A stretch of 63,363 nt of DNA, counting the filler, from Choristocarpus tenellus KU-1152 (Eukaryota > Protista > Phaeophyceae), in NCBI GenBank assembly GCA_964200185.2. It is 11 parts of 11 records of this genome, joined end to end, with 100 filler letters (N's around TTAATTAATTAA, not from the genome) between each part and the next. Parts side by side here need not be neighbours in the genome. Positions count along the whole stretch, not along the records: positions 28,287 to 39,313 come from CAXNAD020002557.1; positions 39,414 to 44,325 come from CAXNAD020012563.1; positions 44,426 to 49,176 come from CAXNAD020013202.1; 8 more parts are not named here. The stretch is one strand, 5' to 3'. Each line of letters begins with the position of its first letter. Positions within the stretch are counted from its first letter, which is position 1. Under the pieces are notes generated by a model that was given only the letters and a program-made list of their open reading frames with translations, was not told the DNA's origin and ran no database searches. Made by a program: the position numbers and the translations under genes. Positions 35,346 through 48,162 of the stretch are shown one piece after another.

Positions 35346-36048
35346 TGGAAGTGCTCTGCCACAAGGGACAAAGGACAGGATATGTGTTCAAAGGATTCTG
35401 TTCGCATCTTACCTAGACAAACAAATCACAGCGATAATCTCTTGCCTACAACAAAACAGTTGGGTTGCGTCCCTTGTCTCACCTCTGCCATATCCCGGTC
35501 GTCGCTATATTCTGTCCCCAAAGGCCCTCCCCCCTGACCAACGAACCCGCTCCTGATGACACCATCACCAACATTCGACTCCTCTCTGCTTAGCCTGATG
35601 GCCTTCTCAAAATCAGACTCTTCTCCACGTTGCTCATGGGCATCACGCTGAGAGGCTGCCAGCGCCGCTTCGAGCTGAGGGAGGTGGTGAGGGTGAGGGG
35701 CAGGATGTCAAGTGAGGTAGAAACGGGCGAGTGAGCAGTAGAAAGATGCAAGGGGTCAGTCTAGGGGGACAGGGGGACAGGGTGTACTGTTGTTAACTAT
35801 CCTTGATCTTCCACACCGAGTACACATTGCTCACAGACAACATATCAGGAGCACACACAGGCACGCATGCACAGACCGGTTCCTGCACTCAACAAAAATG
35901 CCTTCCTGATGTTAATTCCTCAGCTCTTGACACAGTGGATCGTTTACTCAAAAAAGCTCTACCTCCATAATAAATTGTGTGCTTACACTACAGAGTGGGA
36001 CCTGGACACAAACAGGAGCACATCCCAACCAACGCACGTATCACGTAT

Positions 36049-36090
<42 letters not shown>

Positions 36091-38949
36091 GGTCTTGTCA
36101 CACCCCCTCTATCGTTCCTACGAAGGATGATACACAGTGGTGCTGAGGCCAGTCGGATAAATACACCTACTAAACATTACTTCAAAGAAGAAAAAAAAAC
36201 ATTGAACAGGTCCAGCTATCTACAATACTAGACCTGCCTGCAAATCAAACCTCGCTTCCCACAAATATCATAATGGTCCCCTCGTCAACTCTTCAACACA
36301 CCCACCAACTATCAAGAGACAAGACAGATCAAAAAAAGTCATGAGAGCCGAGGTCTAAACTCTTCATCACTAGGAGAGTAGTCAACGCAAAAACACTTCT
36401 AATCTCTTCTTCCCTTCACTCCTCCGGGCGGAGTACATCAAGTGCATACCTGGTAACACACGTTAAGAGATTGACATACCACTATACCATCAAGTCAATA
36501 GCCTCACACACGACAACTATCTTAGCGCTATAGTCGTATCCCAACACCTCATCAAAATCGAGCCGGGCACCAGTGGGATGATCGCCCACAGATTAAGTTA
36601 GGTAGTACCCAACATCTGATTCGCTCATATCAATCACAGGTTACTCATTCTGATTCTCATTTCACGGGCCTATCTCACTTCTAGTTTTGCTCTTATCAAT
36701 CACAGGTTACTCATTCTAATTCTCATTTCACGGGCCTATCTCACTTCTAGTTTTGCTCTTATCAATCAAAGGTTACTCATTATAATTCCCATTTCACAGA
36801 CATCTCTCTCTCTCTTTAGTCTTTGTTCTCGTGTCATCGGGAGTTGAGAAAGTGCCAGTTACACAGAGTTTAAAGTTCAACCCTCGACCCTCCAACTTTG
36901 TACAAAAATCAAGACACTGAGATACCTCTATATACCAAGTCGTCCCTTTCACAGGACTCCTACCTCACTGGATTAGTAGTATATCATTTAGTAGTATATC
37001 AACACCTTGGCACTACATCCCATCTGTTTGGGGGTAAGGGATCCCATCCAAAAGGTTGAGAAATATGCACTAAAAGATATGCTGACGAACTGTCAACGAA
37101 CTGCAATTGAATACAATCACTCAATAAACTTGGGAGGCATACTAGACAATCATGAAAAATTGCTCTCGGCACAGACATTGGGGTTTCTGTTTGGCGGGGT
37201 ACTGAGCCAAGTGTTCGAGAATGCTGCATTGGATCTGACTCTCCCAGTGTCAAAGAGTCCTGATCGCATACGTAATACTGGTAATAAATATCATAAACCT
37301 CAAGAACATGGACCCTCCAGAGGCCGCAAGAACTCCTGGGGACCCCAGGCCTGTTCCTAACTTTCCTCTCAAGCAAAAGGGAATGCAACATCCCAGGAGG
37401 CTGAAAAAAATTGCTGAATATCGGAAGTGAGGAACACCCGGTATCCTCTGTAATAGCATGTCAAACAATCCTTTACCGAATTGCCTTCCGAAAGCCCACC
37501 TGCTGTTGCTCCACCCTATCTGATCGCACTGGTGAAGGTGGAGCCTCCCCCCTCCCCCACCCACCCTTTCGATCACTTGGGCTCTTTCGGCCCCACCTGC
37601 CGCCACTACCATCCTCCCTCCTTGCCCCACCAGGTCCCATTGCCACCTGCATGTAGTCTATCTGCCCATCCTGCCCCATGCCCCATTCCATGCCACCACT
37701 GCCCTCTCGTCCTCTCCGTTGGTTGATCATCTGTTGGTGTTTTGGTTTCCAGTTTTCCTCCTCCTGGTCCTGTGCCGCCCAGCGATCCTCCAGCATCCCC
37801 CGCTGGCTCTTATCAACCATCTGATGATTGATCGGGAGAGGGTAACAACAAGCAACGAGCCAATGATCTGTAACACAACAGTGAGGGGCATCGGGGGGGA
37901 AGGTAGGAAAGGGAGGTTGTGCAATACCTCCACTTACAGAGTAGATCCTACAGTGTGCACCACAACCTACACACGAGAGCTACAACAAAGGTGAAATCTG
38001 TCTAAAACTATAACTCTCTTACCACCTCATGCCAAGCACATAGCTCTCGCTCATCTACTCTGCTCAAGGGAAACAATGATACCTCACACTATGCACTTCA
38101 GGGCTCCCTACCCTGTTAGCAGCAGCTGCACGTTGGCCACTTGGCCCAGACTTTTGATTCTCCGGTGAGAGACAAGAGATGTCTTGGAGCACTGTGCTGG
38201 AAGCAACACTGCGTGAGGAATTTGAAGTCATCCATATTGCAGTGCTGTCTCCTCCGCCCCTGCGCCTCCCATACGTTTGCTGTGGAGTTGGCAACACATT
38301 GTTGAGAGGAGGGTGTTGGGGTTGGGGGTGGGGCCGGGGGAGGGAGTCCAAGATCACCGTACCTTGTAGCCAAGTAGAGGAGTGAGTGCAAGTCAAGACA
38401 TAAAGGTCTTTGGAAATTTAGTATCAACTCCTAATTTTGGTAGGCAAGAGTAGTTATTTAATTCATGCCTACCAAGGTGAATCAATTGCACAACTCCCAC
38501 ACCCCTGAGAATCACTGACACTTTTCCCACTACTATCGATACTACCATAGAGTACTCCGGTTACCTCCCCTCTCATCCCCCCCTCCTTCCCCAAACCCTT
38601 CATTAATCCAACACAGATGTTGTACTTCAACTCCTCTCACCATGACCTGTGGGATCGAAGTCGGTTTTGTATCACCTCCACAACTAGGGGTGCTAGGTCT
38701 AGGCCTCTTCCTCCCTCCATGTTCCTCCCATCCATTCTCCAAGCTCAGATCCACCGAGACACCAGGATCAGCAAAGGAACGCTCCCCCCCCCCCACTCCC
38801 TTACCTATTCGTGCAATGCGTGGAGAAACCTCTCCTCGAGATGGTGGCCCTGATGCTTCAGTCATACTTGGGTGGTTCCCTGCCCAAGAAGATGAAACTC
38901 CTTCGTCATCAAGCTCTAACCCCTTCAAGTCCTGGAGAGATTCCACTCT
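34309..38949 (-). CDS. Ubiquitin carboxyl-terminal hydrolase (USP/C19), USP37/26/29-like; last exons with 3 UIMs, a RanBP2-type zinc finger and the His box
   Basis: Phase-0 exons 38949-38647 (less certain), 37820-37500, 35674-35483, 35148-34309. UIMs EQQQLEAALAAS, EESDFEKAIRLS, DDRDMAEALRLS; WACPQCTLHNEPFTQACTACG; YRLQSVLHHLGPDAFAGHYVTDV; WKRFDDSVV; CYICFY before the stop. Confidence 0.9.
36628..36830. repeat. 66-bp tandem repeat (about 3 units) in a USP intron
   Basis: TATCAATCACAGGTTACTCATTCT(G/A)ATTCTCATTTCACGGGCCTATCTCACTTCTAGTTTTGCTCT starting at 36628, 36694 and, degenerate, 36760. Confidence 0.93.
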
Positions 38950-39556
38950 CTGAATTGTAATGCAGAGATCGACAGTGTCATGTGGGGGCATCCATCACAT
39001 TTAGGGCCCAGAGGCAAGAGTTGTTTTTTTTAATGGCGAGAGCAGGATTCGTATGGGTGTGATCTGATGGGAAAACGTGCGTGATAGATGTAAAGACTTT
39101 CAAGTGCTTTTTATGCTGTATTCCTATAGCGTTGTGTGGCTTGCATTTGATTCACTAATGCAGGTTTAGGCACGGATTGGTAATCAACAGGTAGGGGCAC
39201 CTAAAAAGATGACAAGCATTTTCTTCGAGTCATTCCTCCCCCGATGCCACTGGTTGACTCACCACCCCCCCCCCCCCCCCCCCCCCCCCCCACCCCCACC
39301 CCCCCCCACCACCNNNNNNNNNNNNNNNNNNNNNNNNNNNNNNNNNNNNNNNNNNNNTTAATTAATTAANNNNNNNNNNNNNNNNNNNNNNNNNNNNNNN
39401 NNNNNNNNNNNNNGGGGTAGGAGGTGGAATGAGGGGATTTAAGATGTAGAGTTGGTGGGTTGTGGGGGGGGGGGGGGGAGGGGGGGAAGTATGCTTAGGT
39501 GGAAAGAACAATTGAATGTTGTTGATATTTGTAGCAAAAATCGAAGGACCAAATCA

Positions 39557-39620
<64 letters not shown>

Positions 39621-40436
39621 CGACCCCCCCACTTGACCCTGAATGTAGTACTTTGAAAAAGAACGTGAGAACATCGGCTGCTGATACCCCTTCTTGTGCG
39701 AGGAGGTCGGTTTTCCGAGGGTGGCTGTACAAAATGCTTGATTGTGAATTGTGATCTTCACTGCAGTTGCAGACTGCGGAAAGAAGAAGAACCATTTTGT
39801 TTTCTTTCTTTTGTATTTGGCAACAAGCAAATGGACAGACCAGAACATTTGAAGAAAAAAAATTAACTGTGCAGAAACAAAAAAAAAGAAAAGAAGAAGA
39901 GAAGAAAAGACTTGAAGAAGTCAAGCAAACATTTTTGACACCTACTTCAAGTACCCAACACTAAATTTTACTAATTTAGTCCAACTACCTTTTTCATACA
40001 TATATATATATACATACATGTATGATTAGTGTTCACTACAGATGCCAAACACATTATGTAGGTATCAAAACGAGTTGTACTCACACCTTTTGTTGGTTGC
40101 AAAGCGCTTGGCATTTCCAACTCTCATCGAAACTAAACGCCTCCAAAATTACTACACAAACCCCATACGCTCAAGAGGGCAGAACACGAAAAAAAAAACG
40201 TAACGCAAACAGCACTTTTGTCCACCCCATCAAGAAAAGGGTCACCTTGGCAGGCCGAACTTGCTCCACTTCCCTTCATAACACACGCTTCCAAGCTAGA
40301 ACGCTGCTAACTGATGATTCGAAGCGCTACCCATCAAGGGCTGAAGTGCCTTCGGGGAAGATCGGCCCCCCTCTGCCAACCACTCTACCCAGCAGTCTAT
40401 CTAAGCTCGCGCAGCTACAGAGATCAACCTGCTCAC

Positions 40437-41968
40437 CTCGATCCTCTCTGCAGCTAGGGCGTGGGCAAACTCGGTGATGGTGTCCACCCCGAGGAGAGCA
40501 TAGGTTTGAGTTTCATGCACCTGGGGTGGGCGTACCATCGAGCTTTCTGGGTTAAGTGTCTGTCCATCTAGGTTCGACCCTGAATGCTTTGGTTTAGGGT
40601 TATGGTTTTCATCGAGAGAGACGCTCCGTCACACGTACACCACTTCTGTTTTTTTTTGTATACGTATGTGTTTTTGTAGGGAAGAGAGTTTTGTTTTTTG
40701 TTTTTTTGGGGAAAAAAACACTAAGAAAAAGAGGGAGAAATGGAATTTGGGGGAGATGGCCCGACCTGCGTTTGTCGCACGGGTGCGTGATATGGAAGGT
40801 GATGTGTGGCCCTGTTGTATTGCCACTGTGTTCTTTTCAGTCTTGTTGTTTCTTATTATTGTGAAATGACGTTTTTTTTCTTTTCATTTCTTTTCTTAGA
40901 ACCAAATCTGTGCTGCACTTGAATTTGGAATGGTGATGCGCATTCGACTGAGTGTGTGCTGCTACATAGCATCAGAGGCAAAAAAGATCCACGAGATATT
41001 GGAACAACACGCCTTGCAAGGATACCCTTTGTGGGCTCTGTTGTAGGTGGAGGGCTTATGGCACACTTATTGAGAAATACATGAGGGATACGCTAGGAGC
41101 TCCTACATAACACTGAGTGTTCAATCCAGCACTACTAACTCCTTATTCTCACCTCTTTCAGGAAATCCTCTAAGCAGGCTTGTGGTGGCCAACCCCTCTC
41201 TTCCTCATCCCACTGGGAGGAGCCACCACCAGCATGCTCTTGACGCCTGCCTCCAACACACGGACTCAGAGCAGCAGCCACAGAGCTTCCAACCAAACCC
41301 AAGCACTCCACATTCCCCTGTTTATTCTCCTGATTCCTGATCTGTAGTACCATTGGGTCCCCTCCAACAACTCCCCAGTCTGATACACCCTGGTGTTGCC
41401 CCCTGCACGGACACCTCCGCATGTGTGTTGAGGTACAGGAAGTGCGTCCAGATGATGTGGGATGATGGCTGGCCATGGAGTCAGCACTACTGAGAGAAAC
41501 TCTCCATAATTTGGTGGCCTCCTGTTCCTGCTCCTGCTTCTTCTCCTCCCCCCCCTCCCCCCCCCCAGCATTTTTCCTGGCTGATGCCTGGCTACTACCA
41601 CTACCCCACACACCCAGAGCCCCACCATCTGCCACATCACCACGCCCTTCCCCTTCTCCTCTCTGCCATTGGATAGTGCATGCATCCGTTCTACTCTTTT
41701 CTCCTAAGGCTTTGGAACACAACTGGCATGGCAAAGATTGTAGTGGCGAGGGAGATATCCCCGGAGAAGTCTGATTGAGTAGGGTGGTTTCTAAAGCCTC
41801 TTCCTCTCTGTTCTTCCCTGCCCCCCCCCCCCCCTTTCGCGAGTTCGTCCCCCCGATTGAACTTGACCCCTGCTTCAAATCAATCCCCTTCGTCAGATGT
41901 GACCCCTCCAAGTTCAACCCCGTATGAACCCCACCATTCAGCTCACTCATCGATTCCTTCCAGGCAGC
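40437..41968 (-). CDS. Hypothetical protein, two internal exons
   Basis: 816-bp open, low-complexity exon 41968-41153 ending ..ACLEDFLKE|GTGAG, and phase-0 exon 40520-40437 (VHETQTYALLGVDTITEFAHALAAERIE|GTGAG); no family recognised. Confidence 0.6.
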
Positions 41969-44425
41969 CTTGCCTCACAAAGGAGTACACACACACGATG
42001 AGGACATGTTGTCGGAACACAACATCATGAGTCAGGTACACTAAAGGAACCAACCCCTTTGCTAGGCTTGGATATTACGGTATGGACTTGCTGTAAATTA
42101 TTGGGAGTGTAAATCATCAGGGGGAGGGGGTTGATACGATTTTTGGAGTGTAAAATACCTTCCCCTTAATGACAAAAAGAGGTACTTGTTACAGATCTTG
42201 GCTCAAGACCCACCGCAAGTACATACACACCTGCTGCTATACTGCTCAAAATAGAGTTCTCCTAACTTCCCCATCTTCAAACTGAGAAAAACTCAACACT
42301 ATGGTTCCACTGCTAGAAGAAATATATCCTCCTTGTGCTCTCAAATCGTAGCGCCCGCCTCTCCTATTTCCTCCGCTTAGCGTGTCAATGTTGCAAACCA
42401 ACCCTTCCCCCAACAGTGCTGTAAGTAGTGATACAATACTTTCCAGCGCCCTCTCCCCCCCCAAAAAAATTTAATAATAACAATAATAATAATAATAATC
42501 CAATCCTTTGAGGAATAGCGGTGGTGAAGTGAGTCAACCCTAACCCTAACCCTAACCCTAAGAACACGAGTGGAGGTACCTGGAGTTGCATTTTAAGGAT
42601 GCTGACAAATACGTGTGAAAATTTTGGCAATTATGACACACATGTGTATAAAGGATATTTTCTAAATTTTGTGTCGAATTTTTTCAAAAAATAGAGAAAC
42701 AAGCATTATCGGTTCAATTCCAGCACTGCCTTGGCAGAAATAAGGGTGAATTGCGAAATATTTGAAAAGAAAACAGACTCAAAATGCAAAAACGGCCAAA
42801 ACCTGGGTACCCCTCTCGTTTACTTTTCCTCAATATAGCGCTGCCTTAATCTTGGGACATCATCCAAATTTAGGATATCACACTTCCCTAATACCCCCTA
42901 AACCTGTATGTACCTCATGGCACTGTGTTTTACTATCTCCAACCTCAGCAGCACCCTTACGCTTATTAAAAAAAATGCTTCTTTTTCAAGCAGGGAGCAA
43001 CCTTCTACCCTATGGTGTTGATTGAAAGGATATGAAGAAGGGTACCCAATCCAATCCAAACCCTTTGGTTTATGCCTTTGTCGTGGTGAGGACAACGAAT
43101 GTAACCAGTACGAAATCACAAGAGGTGCTTTCGCATCGTTCCCCTAAGACTCTGAAACTGTGTGTCTGCCCCGCCGCGCGCCCCCCCCCCCCCCCTTTTT
43201 TTTTCGTTTTTTGGTATGGGTGTGAGAGAACGCCATCCATGGGATTTCTCTTTTGATTCTTTTGCTCATGTCATTTTTGTTTTTTTAATAGTGTCTGTTG
43301 CTACTTATTACTATGTATTTGAGTCTTTCAGGGGATCTAGGGGGCAAGGGAGAGGGAACTCGTTTAGTTGGGAGGATGAGGGTCGATGTTTGTGTCTTTT
43401 ATGTCTGGGCTGGGACTATACAATGTCAACTGGGTTGAGATCTTATTACACAAGAGGGTGTTCATATGTTTTCTCACGTTGACCACAAGGCAGGCATGAA
43501 ATAGGACTATTCTGTCTCTTGTTTAATCTTGTGTTTTTTATTTTTTGCTTCCTGTAATGAGGGGGATGTGAACTGTTGGCAAGTGCTGTGTGGGAGGGGG
43601 GGGAGTGAGATTAGTCAGAAAGTGGTGTGATTGAAATGTTGAGCTGGGTTGATGTGACTGAGATTGTGTGGATGCCTCATGAACGGCTTGTTATATGCAA
43701 GTAACAAAGAACGATGATACTTGCAACTTCCTTCTTGCAATATCTTTTCAGATAGTTGATTCAGGCATTTTTTTTTTAAATCTTTAGTCAAACTGTCTAT
43801 GTATGTATGTCAATAGTGTGGAATGTTGAGTGCGGCAGACAAGAATATCATCCGTCGTCTTTCTCCAGTTCAAGGTGTTTTGCTGATTTTGATTTTATTG
43901 GCTGTGGTTGGTTATCGCGTTTTGTTGTTTATCACTGTATTTTGGAAAGTGCTCTTCTTTGATTCCTCCAGGTACACTTCTTGTGTGGGCTTGACATAGA
44001 GCGTTAGACTCTCTGCATTGTGATCGCATGTCAGCAAACGTCCTTAAAGCACGCAAAGTAGTGGTACGATTGGGGGGTCCTGCTGCTGTATCTCACAACA
44101 GCTACCTCCAGCACCTTCCCGGAAAAATGTCTAGGTAGATCGTAGCGTCTCTTGGGAGATTGTTGGCAAAGCACACTGTCAGAAGCTCACTGTCAAAAGT
44201 TGTAAATTTAGAAAGCTGCGATGGGGTATTTCATAGTAGTAAATTGTACTACAATTAATTTATTAGTACTTAGAACAGGGGATTCGCAAAATTGAGGATG
44301 GAGCGGGACTATGAGGATGGTTGTTNNNNNNNNNNNNNNNNNNNNNNNNNNNNNNNNNNNNNNNNNNNNTTAATTAATTAANNNNNNNNNNNNNNNNNNN
44401 NNNNNNNNNNNNNNNNNNNNNNNNN

Positions 44426-44570
44426 TCTGGACACTCCGTTCCATAAAGTATACATTTTACCTACTCCGAAACATTTTGGAGCAGGTAAAATGTCAATAAA
44501 AACCCATGGGAAGCCAAGCCCCACATGGACAAAGAGGACCAAATTTATACCCTCTAAGATACTTTTACTC
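44426..44570 (-). mobile_element. MITE family A, partial at contig edge
   Basis: Contains the central hairpin and ends TACCCTCTAAGATACTTTTACTC. Confidence 0.9.
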
Positions 44571-44740
44571 GTACCTCTTTTGATAAAGCGAAAAGTGAGT
44601 CATTGACTGAGCTAAGCATCAAGTAGACATCGTACGTGGTTATCATCTGTGGACCCCCCTCGTAGCGTCGTTTTAAGGTCGTTGGGTTTGAGTTGCGTAT
44701 CCTGTGGAGGTGAGTTCTGAGAGGCGCCTGTAACATTACT

Positions 44741-45008
44741 GAGTGAAAGTATCTTGGAGGGTACGAGTTTTGCCCTGTTTGTCCATTTGGGACTGGGGCT
44801 GGGGTACTTCCCACGGGTTCTTTATAATATTTCATCTACTCCAAAATGTTTTGGGAGTAAGTAAAATGTGTATGTTATGAAAGGTGTGTCTGGAACAAGG
44901 ATATTGACACGTCCTAACAAACACGATAGCCAAAATTACATCAAAATTTCAACATTGGATTTTGGCCGCCAAACGGACGCAGCTCTACCCTCTAACATAC
45001 TTTGACTG
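44741..45008 (+). mobile_element. MITE family A, full length
   Basis: GAGTGAAAGTATCTTGGAGGGTA ... TACCCTCTAACATACTTTGACTG; ACT on both flanks. Confidence 0.93.
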
Positions 45009-45288
45009 ACTGATCCACTCAATCAAGCATGAGTCCCCCTCTCGACACACGGCAATCACCAACAGCACATACGCTCTGCCCAACCTCAGTCTTCGACTTC
45101 TGTGAAGCTTGAGGCCTGGAGGTAGAGACCGCACCACGATATCCAACATGTCCTCGACAGAGGGGCTGCCGCAGCCATTGTGCTGAGTCCTGCGTGGACA
45201 ATCTACGTTGTAGTGAGCTGTGTATGAAGGTCAAGCTCCTAAAGCCTTGCACAGTATATTGTTAACACTCACCTTTATGACAGCATCA

Positions 45289-45562
45289 CAGGTCTTGATA
45301 AATTTCGAGGTGATGCAAGGCGTCCGATTGGTGATCAGCACATCAAATCAAAGCTGAGATTACAAGCAGTCGATTGGCGTAAAGAAATCTGACCGCAAGA
45401 AAACATCTTGATATGATTTTCAGCGATTTTCATTTTTAGGCAATTCAACCGAACCTTTCGGCATTTACTAACCCAATCGATGGCATTTGATCTCAGCTTT
45501 AATTCGATGTGCTGATCGCCGATCAGGTTGCCTTGCATCACCTCGAAATTTATCAAGGCCGG
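45289..45562. mobile_element. Foldback MITE with about 70-bp TIRs (hAT-like CAGG terminus), unrelated to families A and B
   Basis: GGTCTTGATAAATTTCGAGGTGATGCAAGGC..CAGCACATC..AAAGCTGAGAT pairs with ATCTCAGCTTT..GATGTGCTG..GCCTTGCATCACCTCGAAATTTATCAAGGCC; no clear TSD. Confidence 0.85.
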
Positions 45563-47789
45563 TCTTATCCTAGAGGCTACTGCCAACACTGTAACAGGGG
45601 AAGAGTGCAATATATATGTTAATTGTTGATTATGATTTTGTTGCTGGTTGGCATTGCGCCTTCATAAGACACCCAGCCCACTCTGTGTTAAGTGTACACC
45701 TGATGCATACCTGGATGCCATATATTCAGAGTTAAAACATTCACAGAAAATTTTGTCCTTCAATGCAACTAGCCTCGTCTTAGAGAATGCATTTCTTCCT
45801 TTGAGTGTATCAAGGAAGAACCTTGAATCCTCTTCATCCATCTTCTGACTGAGCAAGCCATAACTTCAGATTCAACAGAATATATTCACTGGTGCTTTGC
45901 GGCACCGTGCCAACCTTTCATCACAAGCTATCCATTGCACACGAAAGCACATTTAATTCAATTCAGGTTTCAACACCACGCAAGTCTGTCCCATCAAGAA
46001 CCACCCAGAAGGAAAACATGATTTCGGTGCATCAGCACTGAGAGGTAGAAGCGCAACTAAGAAGTGAACTTCATGAGTCTCGTGAACAAACAGAATTGAA
46101 TTACTCTAGATTTGGGAGACAAGAAAGAGAAAGAATCACCCGCAACCTAGAGATGCACCCTTTCATCTAGCGAGTCAAAAAACCCAGTGAAGGATCCCAT
46201 GAGTTGTTTGAAGACGGAGAAAGGAGAGTCCTGGAAGGATGCAACCAAACTCCTAGTTTTGCATTGTGGAGGATATATAGTGGGTTTGTGGATCCCTCAT
46301 ATATGTGAACATCTTTTGTTTTGGAGATACATATGTGAAGATAAACTCATTGATTTATATGAAGAAATTATACGCCTTAGACTAAATTGGAGTTGAGATT
46401 ATGGAATATTCATTTTGCAAAGAAATATTAATCCAAATTCGCCCACTTGGAATTTCGAAGAATAATCCTTTGTGGAACGAAATGGTGAACCATTGAATCG
46501 AACCAGAACAGATTTTTGATGATCTGATCAAGGAATTATCCAACTCAAGGAACCAATACGCATTTCTCCCAGCCAACCCAAATGCTGGAAAACCTACATC
46601 GTACAAGGATAAGACTCAAACTGGTTTGGGTACCATGAACTATGTTTGCTAGCATGTCACACCCTTTTGCCGTCTCAGCCGAAAACCCGATCGTCATACA
46701 GGAATTGGGACTACCTCACCAGAACAGGACGTCCATGCAAGAAGAGGTAACAAACCAAATTTCACTACCACACCAAGAGGCTGTCAACAGTGTACTGGGA
46801 GCCGTCGCGCCAATGCGTCAACCTGGTTTAACCCAGAACTCCCCACCCGCTGTCTGTGCTGCCTTCAACAACTAACCTGGCTCCGTTCCTGGGAAACAAG
46901 AGACCTCGTTTGTTCAAAAAAGCAATTTGTCAAAACCCGTTCGACTAGTTACATCTGTTCCCCAGCCTTTGCTTCGATCCGCTGCTTCCTTAGCCACAGA
47001 CAGGGCGAGCGATACAAGTCGAAACCATTCGGGTAAAGATTTACCTACATTGTCCGCCTCCCAGGACGAAGTTGTACATGGCTTAAGGCACATCGGGTTT
47101 GCTTTCATCATGCCTATGGTTGAGACCTCTCCAGGTCCATAGGCGACAAGTGCGGGTATACACACGACGACTCTGTAATTCCCATAGGAAACTTCTCATA
47201 CCTTTCGAGACCTTCCCAAGGATCCCAAGATGCTAAATCTGTGCAATTTACCTTGGGAGGTAATGTTATTTGTCAGTAGTGAAGACAAGAAGGTGTGAAG
47301 CCTCAAACAGTTCCCCATTGCTGAAACGTGATTACTGGTTGAAATTAGAAGAGTGACCTTTGTGGGGTGTCTTCTCATTGTTTATTATTATTTGTGTTTC
47401 GCCACCTATTTCAAAGTAGCGAAAGGGAATGAATATCCATACATAATTCCATATATAATATGGATGTACTATCTCATTAGTTACATCACATGGATTTAAT
47501 TTCAACACAGTAATCTCATATACACAAAATAAGGTACACCTCACTATTGTCCTATTTTGCACCCTCCCCCATGAGAATGCAGGCAATGAAGAGTTGCTGG
47601 AACTCTCAAACCTAAAACACCTTATTGTGCACACTCCCCATTCTGCACACTCCCCCATGAGAGGGAAGTAAAAGACCTCAGATTGGTTCAACACTCACAC
47701 ACACACCACATTATCTTGTCAACGCAGTAAAAGAACACTAATTGCTTGAACTCGAACATACGTCATTCATCTAGTCAACACATTGTCTA

Positions 47790-48162
47790 CGAAGTCTGTA
47801 CCTTCTTTTTTAGATGCACCAACACCGTGATATACAATTGTGTCCCATGATGATCCCTAACCTAGTGTATGAGAAAAAAATTGAATCAGCCCCCCTTTGC
47901 TGTTTATCTTGTCGACGTAGCACTCACTCCCCCAGGCTTGAAGCCTATCATAATTGAATGTCTTGTACATCCTCTCGTTGAGTGAAGTCCTGTGCCACCA
48001 ACCCTTGAATTGTTCAATGGTCCCTTCAGCTGTTGGCTTTGTCTTAAATTCAGAATTAGTCTTGACACGATTTCTTCCCCATGTCAAAACCTCTCCGTCT
48101 ACGAATGTTCCTTTCATCCATTGTTGCTCTATATCCTCCCCATTGCTGCTTGCCATTCTCAC
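47790..48162 (-). pseudogene. Copia remnant, same lineage as 3430-5207, with RT start placed before the integrase C-terminus
   Basis: WMKGTFVD..VKTNSEFKTK..GTIEQFKG followed in frame by FNYDRLQAWGSECYV, then GIIMGH. Confidence 0.75.
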
